DNA of 64,000 bases, taken from Escherichia coli (lineage in GTDB: Bacteria > Pseudomonadota > Gammaproteobacteria > Enterobacterales > Enterobacteriaceae). Positions within the stretch are counted from its first letter, which is position 1. Each line of letters opens with the position of its first letter. The stretch lies in assembly GCF_044647545.1 (NCBI RefSeq), contig NZ_CP172818.1; one strand, written 5' to 3'. The notes beneath the pieces were generated by a model. The model was not told the DNA's origin, ran no database searches, and worked only from the letters and a program-made list of their open reading frames with translations. The position numbers were made by a program, and so were the translations under genes. Of the stretch, positions 59,596 to 64,000 are shown in pieces.

Positions 59596-59889
59596 TTAAA
59601 CGATGCCCTGACTACGCAGCGCCGCCAGTTGCTGCATTAACATCTCTTCGATCAGTTCGCTACGGCTCATATTGCGCGACTCCGCCAGCTCGTTCAGTGC
59701 CTCGACAGCTTCCGCGTTCAGCTTCAGTTCGACACGCTTAAGGCCACGTACTTTGTCGCGTTTTAGTTGGTTACGTTTATTAATACGCAGCTGTTCATCG
59801 CGCGAAAGCGGATTAGTTTTCGGTCGTCCCGGTCGACGCTCGTGCGCGAACAGATCTAATGTCGTACGGTCCGTTTGTTCTTTGGCCAT
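59596..59889 (-). CDS. ybfE: YbfE, about 97 aa, small basic protein (LexA-regulated in E. coli)
   Basis: Start set at [14 protein letters not shown]; Arg/Lys-rich, CopG/RHH-like C-terminus. Confidence 0.75.
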   Translation of the reverse strand: MAKEQTDRTTLDLFAHERRPGRPKTNPLSRDEQLRINKRNQLKRDKVRGLKRVELKLNAEAVEALNELAESRNMSRSELIEEMLMQQLAALRSQGIV

Positions 59890-60028
59890 GATCTTGGTGA
59901 CTTCGGGGGAAACAATCAGCCAGGCCTCTGCCCGGATGGATAGCGCGCCATAATACATCAGCGTGAGGAGTCACGCCAACGTCCACGCGCGGAAAGCGAC
60001 GCGGACGCTGGGTTTTTAATCAGTTGCG

Positions 60029-60793
60029 TTAATCATTGAGATAGCGACGGATAGCGCGTAATACCGCATCCGGTTTTTCAGCATGGACCCAGTGACCCGC
60101 GCCTGCAATCACATGCGCCCGAGCCTGTGGAAATTGTGCCAGTAAATCATCACGGTACTGCTCGCTAACATACGGAGAATTGCCGCCAGGGATAAACAGG
60201 GTAGGATGATCCCATGCCGGGATTTTCTCCCAACCCACAATATGCGGATACTGATCCCACAATACTGGCACGTTAAAGCGCCACTCCCCGTCAACAAAAG
60301 ATTTCAACAGAAACTGAATCACCCCTTCTTCATTAAGATGCTGGCGCATTATTGCCGCTGCTTGCTGGCGTGTTTGTGCGTCTGATTCACTGACTGCGTT
60401 GATGGCCGCGAAAATCTCATCATGACGGCGTACGTGATAGTCGACCGGCGCAATATCAATCGCCACCAGCTTGTCAATGCGATCGGGGGCTAGTGCAGTA
60501 AGAGCCATTACCGCTTTACCGCCCATTGAGTGACCGATAAATGTTGCTTTGTCGATCTGCTGTGCATCCAGGGTATCAACAAGATCCTGCGCCATCGCCG
60601 GGTAATTCATTACCGGATCTCTCGGTGAAAGACCGTGGTTACGCATATCAACCTGGATGATATTGTGATCGTTTACCAGATCGCGAGCCAGTACGCCAAG
60701 GTTGTCGAGGCTGCCAAACAGACCATGGACAAGAACGATGGGAGAATTATTGTGCTGGTTTTGTGCAGTTTGCGCGCGGATATTCAATTTCAT
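60029..60793 (-). CDS. ybfF: Esterase YbfF, 254 aa alpha/beta hydrolase
   Basis: GxSxG nucleophile elbow (GHSMGG); recognised as YbfF. Confidence 0.9.
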   Translation of the reverse strand: MKLNIRAQTAQNQHNNSPIVLVHGLFGSLDNLGVLARDLVNDHNIIQVDMRNHGLSPRDPVMNYPAMAQDLVDTLDAQQIDKATFIGHSMGGKAVMALTALAPDRIDKLVAIDIAPVDYHVRRHDEIFAAINAVSESDAQTRQQAAAIMRQHLNEEGVIQFLLKSFVDGEWRFNVPVLWDQYPHIVGWEKIPAWDHPTLFIPGGNSPYVSEQYRDDLLAQFPQARAHVIAGAGHWVHAEKPDAVLRAIRRYLND

Positions 60794-60977
60794 GGCAAAG
60801 TTCTTTTTTTCGCGTTGTCGGGTTAGGGTATTATGTTGACCATTGTGCCACAGGGCTGCAACAAATAAGGTTTATTCCGAGTTTTTCTGCAAGCCAGGCT
60901 TGACGCTATCCGCTGCCGGGATTTATTCATATACTCCTGGCGACTTGTATTCAGCTAAGACACTGCACTGGATTAAG

Positions 60978-61523
60978 ATGAAAACGATTGAAGTTGATGA
61001 TGAACTCTACAGCTATATTGCCAGCCACACTAAGCATATCGGCGAGAGCGCATCCGACATTTTACGGCGTATGTTGAAATTTTCCGCCGCATCACAGCCT
61101 GCTGCTCCGGTGACGAAAGAGGTTCGCGTTGCGTCACCTGCTATCGTCGAAGCGAAGCCGGTCAAAACGATTAAAGACAAGGTTCGCGCAATGCGTGAAC
61201 TTCTGCTTTCGGATGAATACGCAGAGCAAAAGCGAGCGGTCAATCGCTTTATGCTGCTGTTGTCTACACTATATTCTCTTGACGCCCAGGCGTTTGCCGA
61301 AGCAACGGAATCGTTGCACGGTCGTACACGCGTTTACTTTGCGGCAGATGAACAAACGCTGCTGAAAAATGGTAATCAGACCAAGCCGAAACATGTGCCT
61401 GGTACGCCGTATTGGGTGATCACCAACACCAACACCGGCCGTAAATGCAGCATGATCGAACACATCATGCAGTCGATGCAATTCCCGGCGGAATTGATTG
61501 AGAAGGTTTGCGGAACTATCTAA
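60978..61523 (+). CDS. seqA: Replication-initiation negative regulator SeqA, 181 aa
   Basis: Starts [17 protein letters not shown]; ORF track extends upstream of the true start. Confidence 0.9.
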
Positions 61524-61548
61524 AACGTTGCAGACAAAGGACAAAGCA

Positions 61549-63189
61549 ATGGCAATCCACAATCGTGCAGGCCAACCTGCACAACAGAGTGATTTGATTA
61601 ACGTCGCCCAACTGACGGCGCAATATTATGTACTGAAACCAGAAGCAGGGAATGCGGAGCACGCGGTGAAATTCGGTACTTCCGGTCACCGTGGCAGTGC
61701 AGCGCGCCACAGCTTTAACGAGCCGCACATTCTGGCGATCGCTCAGGCAATTGCTGAAGAACGTGCGAAAAACGGCATCACTGGCCCTTGCTATGTGGGT
61801 AAAGATACTCACGCCCTGTCCGAGCCTGCGTTCATTTCCGTTCTGGAAGTGCTGGCAGCGAACGGCGTTGATGTTATTGTGCAGGAAAACAATGGCTTCA
61901 CTCCAACGCCTGCCGTTTCCAATGCCATCCTGGTTCACAATAAAAAAGGTGGCCCGCTGGCAGACGGTATCGTGATTACACCGTCCCATAACCCGCCGGA
62001 AGATGGTGGTATCAAGTACAACCCGCCAAATGGCGGCCCGGCTGATACCAACGTCACTAAAGTGGTGGAAGACAGGGCCAACGCACTGATGGCCGATGGC
62101 CTGAAAGGTGTGAAGCGTATCTCCCTCGACGAAGCGATGGCATCCGGTCATGTGAAAGAGCAGGATCTGGTGCAGCCGTTTGTGGAAGGTCTGGCCGATA
62201 TCGTTGATATGGCGGCGATTCAGAAAGCGGGCCTGACGCTGGGCGTTGATCCGCTGGGCGGTTCCGGTATCGAATACTGGAAGCGTATTGGCGAGTATTA
62301 CAACCTTAACCTGACCATCGTTAACGATCAGGTCGATCAAACCTTCCGCTTTATGCACCTCGATAAAGACGGCGCGATCCGTATGGACTGCTCCTCCGAG
62401 TGTGCGATGGCGGGTCTGCTGGCACTGCGTGATAAGTTCGATCTGGCGTTTGCTAACGACCCGGATTATGACCGTCACGGTATCGTCACTCCGGCAGGTT
62501 TGATGAATCCGAACCACTACCTGGCGGTGGCGATCAATTACCTGTTCCAGCATCGTCCGCAGTGGGGCAAAGATGTTGCCGTTGGTAAAACGCTGGTTTC
62601 TTCTGCGATGATCGACCGTGTGGTCAATGATTTGGGCCGCAGGCTGGTGGAAGTGCCGGTAGGCTTCAAATGGTTTGTTGATGGCCTGTTCGACGGCAGC
62701 TTCGGCTTTGGCGGCGAAGAGAGCGCAGGGGCTTCCTTCCTGCGTTTCGACGGCACGCCGTGGTCCACCGACAAAGACGGCATCATTATGTGTCTGCTGG
62801 CGGCGGAAATCACCGCTGTCACCGGTAAGAACCCGCAGGAACACTACAACGAACTGGCAAAACGCTTTGGTGCGCCGAGCTACAACCGTTTGCAGGCAGC
62901 TGCGACTTCCGCACAAAAAGCGGCGCTGTCTAAGCTGTCTCCGGAAATGGTGAGCGCCAGCACCCTGGCAGGTGACCCGATCACCGCGCGCCTGACTGCT
63001 GCTCCGGGCAACGGTGCTTCTATTGGCGGTCTGAAAGTGATGACTGACAACGGCTGGTTCGCCGCGCGTCCGTCAGGCACAGAAGACGCATACAAAATCT
63101 ACTGCGAAAGCTTCCTCGGGGAAGAACATCGCAAGCAGATTGAGAAAGAAGCGGTTGAGATTGTTAGCGAAGTTCTGAAAAACGCGTAA
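61549..63189 (+). CDS. pgm: Phosphoglucomutase Pgm, 546 aa
   Basis: Active-site serine loop (TPSHNP), Mg-binding DPDYDR-like motif; start at MAIHNRAGQ. Confidence 0.95.
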   Translation: MAIHNRAGQPAQQSDLINVAQLTAQYYVLKPEAGNAEHAVKFGTSGHRGSAARHSFNEPHILAIAQAIAEERAKNGITGPCYVGKDTHALSEPAFISVLEVLAANGVDVIVQENNGFTPTPAVSNAILVHNKKGGPLADGIVITPSHNPPEDGGIKYNPPNGGPADTNVTKVVEDRANALMADGLKGVKRISLDEAMASGHVKEQDLVQPFVEGLADIVDMAAIQKAGLTLGVDPLGGSGIEYWKRIGEYYNLNLTIVNDQVDQTFRFMHLDKDGAIRMDCSSECAMAGLLALRDKFDLAFANDPDYDRHGIVTPAGLMNPNHYLAVAINYLFQHRPQWGKDVAVGKTLVSSAMIDRVVNDLGRRLVEVPVGFKWFVDGLFDGSFGFGGEESAGASFLRFDGTPWSTDKDGIIMCLLAAEITAVTGKNPQEHYNELAKRFGAPSYNRLQAAATSAQKAALSKLSPEMVSASTLAGDPITARLTAAPGNGASIGGLKVMTDNGWFAARPSGTEDAYKIYCESFLGEEHRKQIEKEAVEIVSEVLKNA

Positions 63190-63204
63190 ACACATTTAAT
63201 AAGA

Positions 63205-63235
63205 AAAAGGGCGGTCAGAAGATCGCCCTTTTTTA
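63205..63235 (+). terminator. Rho-independent terminator of pgm
   Basis: aaagggcg-gtcagaagat-cgccctttttt. Confidence 0.7.
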
Positions 63236-63345
63236 CTTATGACTGCCTGATGCGCTACGCTTATCAGGCTTGGGAAGATGGTGCAATATATTGAATTTAC
63301 GCGATTTTGTAGGCCGGATAAGGCGTTCACGCCGCATCCGGCATG
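63236..63345. repeat. REP element cluster between pgm and ybfP
   Basis: gcctgatgcgctacgcttatcaggc ... gccggataaggcgttcacgccgcatccggc. Confidence 0.6.
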
Positions 63346-63393
63346 AACAACGAGCACTTTGCCAACAAACTGAATAGCTCAAGGGAATTCAAA

Positions 63394-63888
63394 ATGAAGA
63401 CCAAAAGGAGTCTGGTCGTCAGAGTGGCATTAATTACCGCCACACTACTGCTGACAGCATGCGCCCAACCTGAACAATCATCATTAGCTGGTGACTGGTT
63501 ACTGACCCCTAAAGATAAAACCAGAGGATTAACGGGGAGCATTGCGGTAAATATTGCGCCTTCCCGGTGTAAGACAAATTGCCGTGGCGATAACTTACCT
63601 GATAATACCCGCCGCTGGCAGTTGTCAGGCGGGAACGAAAAAGAACTTACTTATCTTCATGATATGTCAGCACAAGAAAAGACCGGTTTAAATCCTGAAT
63701 GGCAATGCTACACCTCATTTTTTATGGGGATTTGCCAGGGTAAGCCCGGCACTCGACCGATAGTTAATGAGGATTATGTCAGCGAAAGCGGATTTTTTGG
63801 CTCGATGATGCATGTCGGGATTATTGAGTTGCGACGCTGTCAGTCAGAAAATTGCCAGCAAGAATTGAAAGCGATAAACACACATTAA
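63394..63888 (+). CDS. ybfP: Lipoprotein YbfP, about 164 aa
   Basis: Signal peptide with lipobox (LLTAC); start at MKTKRSLVV. Confidence 0.8.
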   Translation: MKTKRSLVVRVALITATLLLTACAQPEQSSLAGDWLLTPKDKTRGLTGSIAVNIAPSRCKTNCRGDNLPDNTRRWQLSGGNEKELTYLHDMSAQEKTGLNPEWQCYTSFFMGICQGKPGTRPIVNEDYVSESGFFGSMMHVGIIELRRCQSENCQQELKAINTH

Positions 63889-64000
63889 AATAGCGAGTCC
63901 GGGAATGAAACCCGGACCTGAACATGTCTTATTGCGTGATTGTTTCTTTCATTTGATACTGCATTTCCCAGAGTTCAGTAAGCGAAATAACTTTTCTTGT

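Noticed and set aside
61516-62916. 466-aa ORF antisense to pgm; similar long antisense ORFs in lipA (6656..7504), nagE (52317..53243), glnS (54484..55326), miaB (41924..42835), ubiF (43599..44222), asnB (45800..46372), nagC (48894..49736), chiP (57117..57896) and mrdA (13738..14337)
   Set aside because: All overlap strongly recognised genes on the other strand and have low-complexity, stop-poor shadow-frame composition; none has an RBS context or a recognisable motif.

Overview
This window reads as an Escherichia coli K-12-like chromosomal segment running from dpiB/dpiA through the lipoate, cell-wall and leuS clusters, the ybeQ-hscC island, gltIJKL, lnt-ubiF, a seven-tRNA operon, asnB, the nag genes, glnS, chiPQ, fur and pgm to ybfP. 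Gene calls rest on my recognition of the translated ORFs against remembered E. coli proteins; no database search or alignment was run. Most of the window is ordinary core genome. Three things stand out. (1) The gltI-lnt gap (34960-37423) is about 2.4 kb and contains a roughly 1.1 kb homopolymer- and purine-rich block (about 35690-36790) that does not resemble native E. coli DNA, with gene-like fragments decaying into it; I think it is more likely a sequencing, assembly or synthetic artefact, or a wrecked insertion, than a functional locus. (2) Two long poly-A tracts (35051-35078 and 45588-45636) are far longer than any homopolymer I expect in E. coli. (3) The ybeQ-ybeR-djlB-ybeT-ybeU-djlC-hscC island is the only cluster with the look of an accessory system: an internally duplicated Sel1 / DUF1266-like / J-protein module beside a specialised Hsp70. 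Its genes are already named but their joint function is, as far as I know, unresolved. I found no CRISPR array, no prophage, no recognisable transposase and no canonical toxin-antitoxin or restriction-modification locus. I cannot support a claim of a new biological system from the sequence alone.
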